Below, in pieces: positions 20,771 through 29,016 of a stretch of DNA of 64,000 nt (within the stretch, counting starts at the first letter, position 1; each line of letters opens with the position of its first letter). Source of the DNA: Alistipes sp. (GTDB lineage Bacteria; Bacteroidota; Bacteroidia; Bacteroidales; Rikenellaceae). The stretch lies in assembly GCA_045605245.1 (NCBI GenBank), contig JAZUPN010000025.1:12734-76733 (forward strand), given 5' to 3'. The notes beneath the pieces were generated by a model, which was not told the origin of the DNA, made no database searches, and saw only the letters and a program-made list of their open reading frames with translations. The position numbers and the translations under genes were made by a program.

Positions 20771-21583
20771 CTATTTCAGTGGCGAATCGGGCTCGCGGGA
20801 CATTACCATATAGAACAGACGATCCAAAAGTGCCGGCGAAAACTTCTTGATAAAGTGAGTCAGACGACCCTCGTACTCCATCAAACAGAGGCGTTTGCGA
20901 CGCTTGATGCCACGCATAACGATATGTGCAACCTGTTCGGCGGTCATCATCTTATCCTCGTTACGAGGGGTTTCGCCCTGCGAGGTGCCATCGGCGGTAA
21001 GGGCAGCGAAACGGACATTCGATGCGGTGAAACCGGGGCAGGCAACCATTACGTGCAGACCCTTTTTCAAATTTTCGATTCGCAATGTTTCGAGGAATCC
21101 CGTCATCGCATATTTCGAAGCCGAGTAACCCGTACGTGCCGGCAGACCGTGCAGACCTGCGACAGACGAAATGCCTACAATCGATCCCTTTGATTTTTGC
21201 AGATAGGGGAGAGCGTATTTGCAACAGTTAACTGTACCCCAGAAATTTACATCCATCAATCGGTGCAGAACATTCAGATCGACATCATCAAAGATCGCAC
21301 GCATCGAAAGACCTGCGTTGCAGATCAAAATGTCGATGCCGCCAAATGCGTTTATTGCGCAGTCAATCAATCGTTTGCAATCCTCCTCCTTTGTAACGTC
21401 GGCCGCTGTGTATGCTGCGGCACCGCCTGCGGCTTTAATCTCGGCTGCAACGGCGGCGAGTTTATCTTCGCTACGTGCGCCCATTACTACATTGGCTCCT
21501 GCGGCAGCAAATTCACGCGCCAATGCCAAGCCGATTCCCGACGATGCACCTGTTACGATTACGGTTTTTGATTTGAAATCCAT
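20771..21583 (-). CDS. SDR-family oxidoreductase
   Basis: 270 aa with the TGASSGIG cofactor motif and YSASK catalytic motif. Confidence 0.85.
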   Translation of the reverse strand: MDFKSKTVIVTGASSGIGLALAREFAAAGANVVMGARSEDKLAAVAAEIKAAGGAAAYTAADVTKEEDCKRLIDCAINAFGGIDILICNAGLSMRAIFDDVDLNVLHRLMDVNFWGTVNCCKYALPYLQKSKGSIVGISSVAGLHGLPARTGYSASKYAMTGFLETLRIENLKKGLHVMVACPGFTASNVRFAALTADGTSQGETPRNEDKMMTAEQVAHIVMRGIKRRKRLCLMEYEGRLTHFIKKFSPALLDRLFYMVMSREPDSPLK

Positions 21584-21595
21584 AGCTTAATATTT

Positions 21596-22378
21596 TTATT
21601 CATTTATCTCTATTGAAAGGGTATCGTAAGCCAATTCGATACCTTCGGGTAGTAGGGTTGATGTTATGGCGTGCAACCCAATGTCGTGCGACATATGGGT
21701 CAAAAATGCTCGCAGCGGAGCTACACGCGAAATTAACTTCATCGCCTCTTCTACGGTGAAGTGCGAAATGTGATCGTGCCAGCGCAATGCATTGACTACC
21801 AATACTTCTACTCCCTTTAATTTAGCTATCTGCGCCTCTTCGATATGCTTGAAATCGGTCAGATATGCGAGCTTTCCGATGCGGTAACCCGTAACCTCAA
21901 AGCGGTCGGAGTGTTGTCCGTGTATAGGCACAATCTCTACTCCCTTAACCTCGAAAGGGGTGTTTCGCTCGATAGTATGTAGCTCAATTTCGGGCACTCC
22001 GCGATACTTGTCTTCGGCAAAGGCGTAGTCGAAATCTTTGCGCACGCACGCTGCGGTTTTGGCCGTAGCGTAAATATCAACACGATGAATCGTCGGAAAA
22101 TCGACGAAATTAAAGGCTCTGACATCGTCAATTCCGCCCGTATGATCCTTATGCTCGTGAGTGAGCAGAATTGCATCAATCCTTCGCACACCTGTTCGTA
22201 ACATCTGATAGCGGAAGTCGGGGCCTGCGTCAATAATCAATCTCACGTCGCCAACCTCGATCATCGCCGATGTACGCAGGCGATGATCGCGCGGATCAGT
22301 CGAGCGACACACCTCGCATCGACAACCGATTGTCGGCACGCCTTGCGAAGTTCCTGTTCCGAGAAATGTCAGACGCAT
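21596..22378 (-). CDS. MBL-fold metallo-hydrolase (PhnP/GPMB-like)
   Basis: 260 aa with HEHKDH (HxHxDH) and an N-terminal CxC...C cluster. Confidence 0.8.
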   Translation of the reverse strand: MRLTFLGTGTSQGVPTIGCRCEVCRSTDPRDHRLRTSAMIEVGDVRLIIDAGPDFRYQMLRTGVRRIDAILLTHEHKDHTGGIDDVRAFNFVDFPTIHRVDIYATAKTAACVRKDFDYAFAEDKYRGVPEIELHTIERNTPFEVKGVEIVPIHGQHSDRFEVTGYRIGKLAYLTDFKHIEEAQIAKLKGVEVLVVNALRWHDHISHFTVEEAMKLISRVAPLRAFLTHMSHDIGLHAITSTLLPEGIELAYDTLSIEINE

Positions 22379-22391
22379 AACGAGTTGTAGG

Positions 22392-23165
22392 TTAGTTTAT
22401 TAAATTGACACAAATGTCGTGCAGCGAGATCAATCCGAATAGATCGGCGATGCTTACCAGCACAACAGCAATCATAAAATATTGTAAGAATTTTGTGCCC
22501 CAATGTATTCCATAGTGCGAAGCGATGAATGTTCCGACCACGTTTCCAAGTGCGTGCAATAGTCCGACGGCGTAATCGACCTGACCGTGCAACATAAAGA
22601 TAATCAACGAGAATGGGGTGGCGACGAAGATTACGAAACCCTTGATTACGTTTGCCGTAATAATATCGAGGTGCATCGTTGTCAGTGTGATTGCCAAGAT
22701 CAGGTAGCCCAAGCCGATATAGACATATCCGCCATAGAATCCAATTAGCAAGAACCATAAGTAATGCCACCATTTAATCTCCAAGCCGTGTCCGCCGTGA
22801 ATGTGAGTTTTGGCAAAGAGCATATAGGCTAAAATTGCAAAAAGCACAATGCCCATACACCATTTGAAGACCGTTTCATTGATTTGAGTTGCTACCAATG
22901 AGCCTGCGATATTGCCGATAATTGCCGGAACAGAGAGCTTTAATCCGCTCTTGATATCGAGCAGGCGTTTTTTGATAAATACTGCTGACGAGGTGAGGTT
23001 CTGTAATACGATTGCGATTCGGTTTGTTCCGTTCGCCACTCCGATCGGCAGACCGAGAGCCATAAAAACCGTCATAGACATTATGGCTCCGCCACCGGCC
23101 AAAGTGTTGATAAAGCCGACCACGATACCTGAAACAATCAGTAGTATTATCATTTGCAGTGTCAT
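22392..23165 (-). CDS. TauE/SafE-family anion exporter
   Basis: 257 aa. It is polytopic with internal duplication and GGG...G motifs typical of TauE/SafE. Confidence 0.75.
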   Translation of the reverse strand: MTLQMIILLIVSGIVVGFINTLAGGGAIMSMTVFMALGLPIGVANGTNRIAIVLQNLTSSAVFIKKRLLDIKSGLKLSVPAIIGNIAGSLVATQINETVFKWCMGIVLFAILAYMLFAKTHIHGGHGLEIKWWHYLWFLLIGFYGGYVYIGLGYLILAITLTTMHLDIITANVIKGFVIFVATPFSLIIFMLHGQVDYAVGLLHALGNVVGTFIASHYGIHWGTKFLQYFMIAVVLVSIADLFGLISLHDICVNLIN

Positions 23166-23177
23166 CTTCTCAATCTT

Positions 23178-23942
23178 TTAATGCATCTTCAATTCGAAAT
23201 CATCGGCATCGCGCTCAACGGGAAATTTATGTCGAAACTCCTCCAATGCCACGCAGTCGATCATCGCACTCAAAACCGTTGCGGTCGATTCGGCGCGAGC
23301 TATTGCTCGACCGCGATAATCATAGACAATCGAGCCTCCGCTGTACGTAGTCGAGGGATCGTTGCCGATACGGTTTGCCCCAATCGAGTATGCAACATTT
23401 TCGATGGCTCTGGCACGAAGTAATGTATCCCAAACTTCGGCGCGAGCCGAGGGCCACGATGCGGCGCAAATCATCGCGTCGTAGTCGCCGCGATTGCGTA
23501 ACCAAACGGGGAAGCGTAGGTCGTAACACGTTGCCAACAACCATCTTACGCCTCGCCACTCAACCACCACGCGCTCTGCGCCTGCACAATATTGATCACC
23601 TTCGCCGCCAATCGAAAACAGATGACGCTTGTCGTAAGCCTCGATGTTGTTTGGCGTAACAAATAGGTGTCGGTTGCGAAATTTCGCGTCGCGCTCGACG
23701 ATCAGTGTGCCGCTAATGGCGCAATCGAACTTTTGAGCCAATCTCTTCATCCACGCAACAATTCCCTCTTCGTATTGCGCAGCCTGCGAAGGGTCGGCAG
23801 CAAAGCCCGTTGCAAATGTTTCGGGTAGCACATAAAGGTCGCTTTTGGGTGCAGAGTCGAATAGTTTTTCGATCGACCGAAGGTTGTTCCCGACCGAATT
23901 CCACTCAATATCAGGCTGAATAAGCGATACTTTTACGGGCAT
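23178..23942 (-). CDS. Carbon-nitrogen hydrolase (nitrilase superfamily, omega-amidase YafV-like)
   Basis: 254 aa with the E/K/C triad context (LPETF..., ...KRHLF..., ATCYDLRFP). Confidence 0.8.
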   Translation of the reverse strand: MPVKVSLIQPDIEWNSVGNNLRSIEKLFDSAPKSDLYVLPETFATGFAADPSQAAQYEEGIVAWMKRLAQKFDCAISGTLIVERDAKFRNRHLFVTPNNIEAYDKRHLFSIGGEGDQYCAGAERVVVEWRGVRWLLATCYDLRFPVWLRNRGDYDAMICAASWPSARAEVWDTLLRARAIENVAYSIGANRIGNDPSTTYSGGSIVYDYRGRAIARAESTATVLSAMIDCVALEEFRHKFPVERDADDFELKMH

Positions 23943-24051
23943 ACTCTCTTAAAGGTAAAACTTCTTTCATACAAATATATAAAAAATCCTCGAAAAAAGT
24001 TATCTTTGTACGATGAAATCGACCCAATGTGGTCAATTTAATATTATAGAT

Positions 24052-24885
24052 ATGATAAAACCCGGTCGCTACCAAACACTCACCGTGAGTCGTATCTCCG
24101 ACTACGGCCTATATCTTACCGATGGCGAGGAGAACGAAGTTCTGCTCCCTAATCGCTATGTCTCGCTCTCGGATAAGGAGGGAGATGAGAAGTATGTATT
24201 TGTATATCACGACTCTGAGGATCGTTTGGTTGCAACAACCGAGACCCCTTTGGCTACGGTTGGTCAGGCTGCTTGCTTGCAGGTGGTCGATAAGACTCTG
24301 CATGGAGCTTTCCTTGATTGGGGTTTGCAGGGTAAGGACCTTTTCCTGCCGAATCGTAATCAGCAGGGTGGTGTGATGGTCGGCCATCGCTATATTGTAT
24401 ATGTCTATGAGGATAATATCACCTCGCGCTCGGTTGCAACGATGCGTACCAAAACCTATATCAACAACGATACGATTACGGTCGCTCCGCGCCAGAAGGT
24501 TGAGATTCTGATCGCTTCGGAGTCGCCGATTGGCTATCGCGTGATTGTGAATGATCGCCATTGGGGTATGATCTACAAGAATCAGTTGTTCCGTTCTGTA
24601 CGTATTGGCGAGCGAACAGAGGCATATGTCAGCCGCATTACGCCCGATGCACGTATTGATTTGAGTTTGCAACAGCAGGGTTTGGAGCAGGTGCGCGACT
24701 CGGCCGATGAGTTGTTGGCACTGCTTCGCAATAACGATGGCGAACTGCCTGTCAATGACGATACTGCGCCCGAACGTGTGCACGAAGTTACGGGTATGAG
24801 CAAAAAGATGTTCAAGCGTTCGTTGGGTATGTTGCTGAAAAGCGGCCGCGTAGAGATTACTGATAACGGAATAAAAATGAAATAG
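24052..24885 (+). CDS. S1-domain RNA-binding protein (CvfB/YitL family)
   Basis: Repeated S1-like modules and a C-terminal winged helix. I preferred the ATG at 24052 (MIKPGRYQTLTV...). A TATCTTTG -7 box at 24001-24008 would put the transcription start at or after the upstream ATG at 24013. Confidence 0.72.
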   Translation: MIKPGRYQTLTVSRISDYGLYLTDGEENEVLLPNRYVSLSDKEGDEKYVFVYHDSEDRLVATTETPLATVGQAACLQVVDKTLHGAFLDWGLQGKDLFLPNRNQQGGVMVGHRYIVYVYEDNITSRSVATMRTKTYINNDTITVAPRQKVEILIASESPIGYRVIVNDRHWGMIYKNQLFRSVRIGERTEAYVSRITPDARIDLSLQQQGLEQVRDSADELLALLRNNDGELPVNDDTAPERVHEVTGMSKKMFKRSLGMLLKSGRVEITDNGIKMK

Positions 24886-24887
24886 TT

Positions 24888-25667
24888 ATGGCAGCAAAAA
24901 TGCAAACAGCCGAGCGCGTGTCGCAGACCGATAGCTCGGATAATTACGTTTTTCAGCGTTCGTTGCTGGCATATTATCACGCTGCAAAGTTGGTCAGCGG
25001 TATGGTGTTGGAGATTGGTACGGGTAGCGGTTATGGTATCAATGTAATTGCTCCGTCGGCCACTCGTTTTATGACCATCGATAAGTTCGAGACGAAGATC
25101 GATACCTCCGATATGGATAATGTCGAGTTTCGACAGATGACTGTTCCTCCGATTGACCTTCCGTCAAGCAGTGTCGATTTTGTCATTTCGTTTCAGGTGA
25201 TCGAGCATATTAAGGACGATGTTGATTTCGTGGCGGAGGTCTATCGCGTGCTGAAACCTAATGGCGTTTTTATCGTTTCGACACCTAATGCTGCGATGTC
25301 GCTCACGCGTAATCCGTGGCACGTGCGCGAATATTCGATTGATGAATTTGATCGCTTGATGGGTAACTATTTCGCTGATATTGAGCGTTGTGGTGTGTTC
25401 GGTAACGAGAAGGTAATGAATTATTACGAGAAGAATCGTGCAAGTGTGCGCCGTATTACGAAGATCGATTTTCTCGATTTGCAACACCGCCTGCCGCGCT
25501 GGATGTTGAAGATTCCATACGATATTATGAATCGCCTGAATCGCCGTTTGCTATTGGTGCGCAACCGCAACCTGACGACCGATATCGCAATGGATGACTA
25601 TCGCATCGCCCCTGTCGCCGACGGCTGTTTCGACCTCTACTACATCGCCCGCAAGGTGGAGGAGTAG
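24888..25667 (+). CDS. Class I SAM-dependent methyltransferase
   Basis: 259 aa with SAM motif I (VLEIGTGSGYG) and LKPNGVFIVSTPN. Confidence 0.75.
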   Translation: MAAKMQTAERVSQTDSSDNYVFQRSLLAYYHAAKLVSGMVLEIGTGSGYGINVIAPSATRFMTIDKFETKIDTSDMDNVEFRQMTVPPIDLPSSSVDFVISFQVIEHIKDDVDFVAEVYRVLKPNGVFIVSTPNAAMSLTRNPWHVREYSIDEFDRLMGNYFADIERCGVFGNEKVMNYYEKNRASVRRITKIDFLDLQHRLPRWMLKIPYDIMNRLNRRLLLVRNRNLTTDIAMDDYRIAPVADGCFDLYYIARKVEE

Positions 25668-25672
25668 TCCTA

Positions 25673-25716
25673 TTGAAAATAGGCGGTAGTCAAAAAACTG
25701 CCGCCTATTTTTCAAT
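25673..25716. terminator. Bidirectional rho-independent terminator shared by the methyltransferase gene (+) and the WYL cassette (-)
   Basis: TTGAAAATAGGCGGTAGT-loop-ACTGCCGCCTATTTTTCAA long hairpin. Confidence 0.65.
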
Positions 25717-25736
25717 GGGTATGTTAATTTATGTTA

Positions 25737-26348
25737 TTAATTCAAGTTCCTTAACCTTGACTCGATATATTCAATTAACAGCTCCTTATATTGTCGATTA
25801 ATTATATCCTCAATTGTTACACCTTTATATTTTTCGTAGATTGATATGCGAATTATAGGAACTCCTATGATAATAGATGTAACATCTTTAATGAAATCAT
25901 AGAATGCTCTTTGCTTCCATCTAGTTCGGTTTTGATCTAATAGATCAAGATCTATCACACTATTCCCAAATTGCTTATCGGTGGAACTATTGTGGGCATA
26001 TTTCCCGTATGTTAAACAGTTGTGCTCATAGTTCTTGCAAAACTTTTTATAATTTTCAATATTTACATTTCTATTATTTGTGTAAATTGTAGAGTTAAGA
26101 GTTGAAAGTCGATAGCGATTAAAATGGTTTTCTTCATCAAACTCTATGATGAAATTGGGAGTGTCAATGTCATATGCGCCTACTCTTGTAGGAGCATCAT
26201 CAAGAATGCCACCTAATCTTTTGTAAATATTTATAATTTCATCATAGTAAGCAGATGCTTGCAGTTCATTTGCTGATAATTTAGTGTGATTGCCTTTGTC
26301 GTAATACTCTTGACACACTTGGGCTAAATAAGTTTGTTTTTTTGCCAT
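25737..26348 (-). CDS. Hypothetical protein with Vsr/DUF559-like PD-(D/E)xK nuclease-fold signature (last gene of WYL cassette)
   Basis: 203-aa ATG-initiated ORF in AT-rich DNA, 19 nt downstream of the preceding ORF. It contains GAYDIDTPNFIIEFDEENHFNRYR and, about 80 aa later, RWKQRAFYDFIKDVTSIIIGVPIIRISIYE. This is analogous to the D...E.DG..H ... D..R..L...G..vlR layout of DUF559/Vsr-like endonucleases. The fold call is an inference. Confidence 0.55.
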   Translation of the reverse strand: MAKKQTYLAQVCQEYYDKGNHTKLSANELQASAYYDEIINIYKRLGGILDDAPTRVGAYDIDTPNFIIEFDEENHFNRYRLSTLNSTIYTNNRNVNIENYKKFCKNYEHNCLTYGKYAHNSSTDKQFGNSVIDLDLLDQNRTRWKQRAFYDFIKDVTSIIIGVPIIRISIYEKYKGVTIEDIINRQYKELLIEYIESRLRNLN

Positions 26349-26367
26349 ATAGTTTATTGCAATATAA

Positions 26368-26682
26368 TTAGTAGTTTAAAATAATCCACTCAATAGTGAT
26401 GCCCATACAAGACTCGTGCCAATCAAGTGAGTCAAATAATTCCATCGGTTTGGTTGTACGAGCAACAAAATTAATAGTGTTATAGTTGTTGTCGTTAGCT
26501 TGTTGAAGAATATAACGAAAATAGCTCTCGCTTTGCGTAAATTCCTCAATAATAGGCACTACTAAGATTTTGTCTTTGCCATTTGTTGCCTCCATATTGA
26601 TGCAGGCCGCCTCAATCTCTCGGATATTGTTATACCCAAGTGCAGAGAGTGCATTTAGAGTTTGTTGTTTAATGCTGTCCAT
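26368..26682 (-). CDS. Hypothetical 104-aa protein (third gene of WYL cassette)
   Basis: ATG-initiated ORF 12 nt downstream of the preceding ORF. I recognise no family. Confidence 0.5.
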   Translation of the reverse strand: MDSIKQQTLNALSALGYNNIREIEAACINMEATNGKDKILVVPIIEEFTQSESYFRYILQQANDNNYNTINFVARTTKPMELFDSLDWHESCMGITIEWIILNY

Positions 26683-26694
26683 GTTTTTATCGTT

Positions 26695-27051
26695 TTAATC
26701 GTGGTAATAATCGTATAATTCATAGTAGTCTATGTCGTACCAATCATTGAAACCCTCGTCGGCACTTGGGGGTATTGCAATACTCTGTTGTGTCGTGTCA
26801 ATAACTGCTTCTGTGCGATACTCGCGATAGCGAACCAAACGATTCTCGTAGTCAAGTTCAGCAATATCACTTGCACTCTTTGATGGGTCGAGGTTTCGCC
26901 AATGTGATTCATAGTGTTGCTGTGATGTTGGGCGAAACCACTCGTCATATACAGCTACAATCAGCGTATATATCATAACTACATAGACAAACGGCTTTGC
27001 TAAATGCCAAATAATAGTTATTATCTCTTTTAAGTCGGTTCGCTCATCCAT
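26695..27051 (-). CDS. Hypothetical single-pass membrane protein with aromatic/acidic C-terminal tail (second gene of WYL cassette)
   Basis: 118 aa with one hydrophobic helix (IITIIWHLAKPFVYVVMIYTLIVAVY). The C-terminus is FNDWYDIDYYELYDYYHD. It starts 4 nt after the WYL gene stop. Confidence 0.5.
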   Translation of the reverse strand: MDERTDLKEIITIIWHLAKPFVYVVMIYTLIVAVYDEWFRPTSQQHYESHWRNLDPSKSASDIAELDYENRLVRYREYRTEAVIDTTQQSIAIPPSADEGFNDWYDIDYYELYDYYHD

Positions 27052-27055
27052 ACAT

Positions 27056-27961
27056 CTATATCTTATTTCGTTCTATGGCTCCAAGTAGTGTTTCATATAT
27101 TCGTTGTCGCAATGAATGTGGTTTAATGATTTCGATAGAACGGCTACGTGATAGCAGAGCCATTACAAAATCATTTGTTATGCGTAGTTTAAGCCCAATA
27201 GTAATCGAATCCTCGTTTTCTTCTATTATTCTTTGCGTGTGATGCAGAGGCAGACTCTTAACAAACGATCCGTCTAATCGATCATATTTAATAACAATAT
27301 CTTCAACCTGTTGATTCCCATCTGCCCATACTCCAAAACTTTCTGAAAATTGTTGCTTTATTTCTTCCATTGGTCTAGACTTGAATTTTCTATGTTCAAG
27401 GTATTTTACACTTTGAACTCGCTCCAACGCATAGACGCGGAGCTCTCCGCCTTCATTGTAGCCGACTATATACCAACGGTGTTGCGACTCTTTGAGTAGA
27501 TGCGGAGATATAGTATGTTTTCGTAGCTCATTGCAATTGCGGTAATGCTCATATTCAATCTCTATCATTCTACGTTCTCGAATGGCGAACAAAACTTCGT
27601 GGAATGAATCTCCGATAGGTGGTAATCTGTGCTCTGCATCAATGCAACTTACAAGTGAAGGATCATCTATGCGACTTAATAATTCGAAATTTTGTAGCAG
27701 CTTTTCGTATTCATGAGCTGTTTCGCCACGTTCTAATATGCAATAGCCTTTTCTTGCTCTATTGTAACCTATTCTGATGCCAAATATATCTTGAATGGCA
27801 GTAAAATCACGCTGTAATGTTCGAATAGTTATCGACTCGTCGTGATCGCCAAGACCTTGTGTCGCATAATTTATTAATTCATCTTTACTTAATATAGCAT
27901 TGGGATAACTCAATTTGTTGGTAATCCTAACTATTCTTCGTATTAAGGCTATGGTGTTCAT
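27056..27961 (-). CDS. wHTH-WYL-domain transcriptional regulator (BrxR/CapW-like architecture)
   Basis: 301 aa. The N-terminal DeoR-like wHTH is ...SITIRTLQRDFTAIQDIFGIRIGYNRARKGYCILE. The central WYL domain is ISPHLLKESQHRWYIVGYNEGGELRVYALERVQSV. A C-terminal extension domain follows. Confidence 0.8.
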   Translation of the reverse strand: MNTIALIRRIVRITNKLSYPNAILSKDELINYATQGLGDHDESITIRTLQRDFTAIQDIFGIRIGYNRARKGYCILERGETAHEYEKLLQNFELLSRIDDPSLVSCIDAEHRLPPIGDSFHEVLFAIRERRMIEIEYEHYRNCNELRKHTISPHLLKESQHRWYIVGYNEGGELRVYALERVQSVKYLEHRKFKSRPMEEIKQQFSESFGVWADGNQQVEDIVIKYDRLDGSFVKSLPLHHTQRIIEENEDSITIGLKLRITNDFVMALLSRSRSIEIIKPHSLRQRIYETLLGAIERNKI

Positions 27962-27976
27962 ATTGTTAATTTTTTA

Positions 27977-28010
27977 CAAAGATAATATAGTGTCGCGACA
28001 AAATATGTCG
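27977..28010 (-). promoter_or_regulatory. Promoter of the WYL cassette with an embedded palindromic operator candidate
   Basis: The minus strand reads TTTG-TCGCGACACTATAT-TATCTTTG, with the -7 box on the plus strand at 27977-27984. The perfect 10-bp palindrome TGTCGCGACA (27991-28000) sits in the spacer. An extra TGTCG half-site is at 28006-28010. Confidence 0.4.
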
Positions 28011-28040
28011 TTGTAATGGGAATTTGCAGTTAGTGAGTCT

Positions 28041-28086
28041 AAAAATACAAAGGCCCTGAATCCGTTATTGGAATCAAGGCCTTTGT
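28041..28086 (-). terminator. Rho-independent terminator of folD
   Basis: CAAAGGCC...GGCCTTTG stem followed on the minus strand by TATTTTT. It separates folD from the WYL cassette promoter. Confidence 0.5.
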
Positions 28087-28107
28087 GAGAATTTGGTCTT
28101 CGTGTGT

Positions 28108-28983
28108 CTATCCGTAAATCTCCTTCTTGGCTGCTTTTAAGGTGTTGCGCATCAGTGAGATGATGGTCATCGGGCCGACGCCACCCGGAACGGGGGTGAT
28201 GTAGGCGCATTTGGGGGCAACCTCGTCGTACTTCACGTCGCCCAGCAATTTCCAGCCACTCTTGGTCTTGTCGCTCGGAACGCGAGTGATACCTACGTCG
28301 ATAACCGTCGCACCCTCCTTAACCATATCGGCAGTTACGAACTCAGCCTTACCCAAAGCTGCGATCACGATATCAGCCTCTGCTACAACCTCTTTCAGAT
28401 TCGGAGTGCGGCTATGGCAGAGCGTTACGGTGCAGTCCCAACCCTTCTGCGAGAGCAGGTTTGCGATCGGGCGACCAACGATGTTGCTACGACCAATTAC
28501 GGCGCAGCTACGACCTGCGGTCGGCACGTTGTAATATTTCAAAAGCGAAAGGATGCCGTCGGGCGTTGCGGGCAGATAGGAGGGGAGTCCCGAAATCATA
28601 CGACCTGTATTTACAGGGTGGAAACCATCAACATCCTTGCGCGGGTCGATAGCCTCGATCACCTTCTGCTCCGAGATATGGCGGGGCAGGGGCAGCTGCA
28701 CAATGAAGCCATCAACCTTCGGATCGCCATTCAACTCGTCGATGCGAGCGAGTAACTCCTCCTCGGTGGTCTCCTCGGGCATACGCAGTACGGTCGATGT
28801 GAAACCGCACTCGTGGCAGCACTTCTCCTTGTGGGCTACGTAGGTCTGGCTTGCTCCATCATTACCCACCAAAATTGCAACCAAATGGGGCGCGGGCTTA
28901 CCCTCGGCCACCATTGCTTCTACTTCGGCTGCTATCTCTCGGCGCATAGCCGCAGCAACCTCTTTACCATCGATAATTGTCAT
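28108..28983 (-). CDS. folD: Bifunctional methylenetetrahydrofolate dehydrogenase/cyclohydrolase
   Basis: 291 aa with [22 protein letters not shown] and [10 protein letters not shown]. Confidence 0.93.
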   Translation of the reverse strand: MTIIDGKEVAAAMRREIAAEVEAMVAEGKPAPHLVAILVGNDGASQTYVAHKEKCCHECGFTSTVLRMPEETTEEELLARIDELNGDPKVDGFIVQLPLPRHISEQKVIEAIDPRKDVDGFHPVNTGRMISGLPSYLPATPDGILSLLKYYNVPTAGRSCAVIGRSNIVGRPIANLLSQKGWDCTVTLCHSRTPNLKEVVAEADIVIAALGKAEFVTADMVKEGATVIDVGITRVPSDKTKSGWKLLGDVKYDEVAPKCAYITPVPGGVGPMTIISLMRNTLKAAKKEIYG

Positions 28984-29016
28984 AATCGTTTGTTGGTCAG
29001 TGTTATATTGTTTCTG

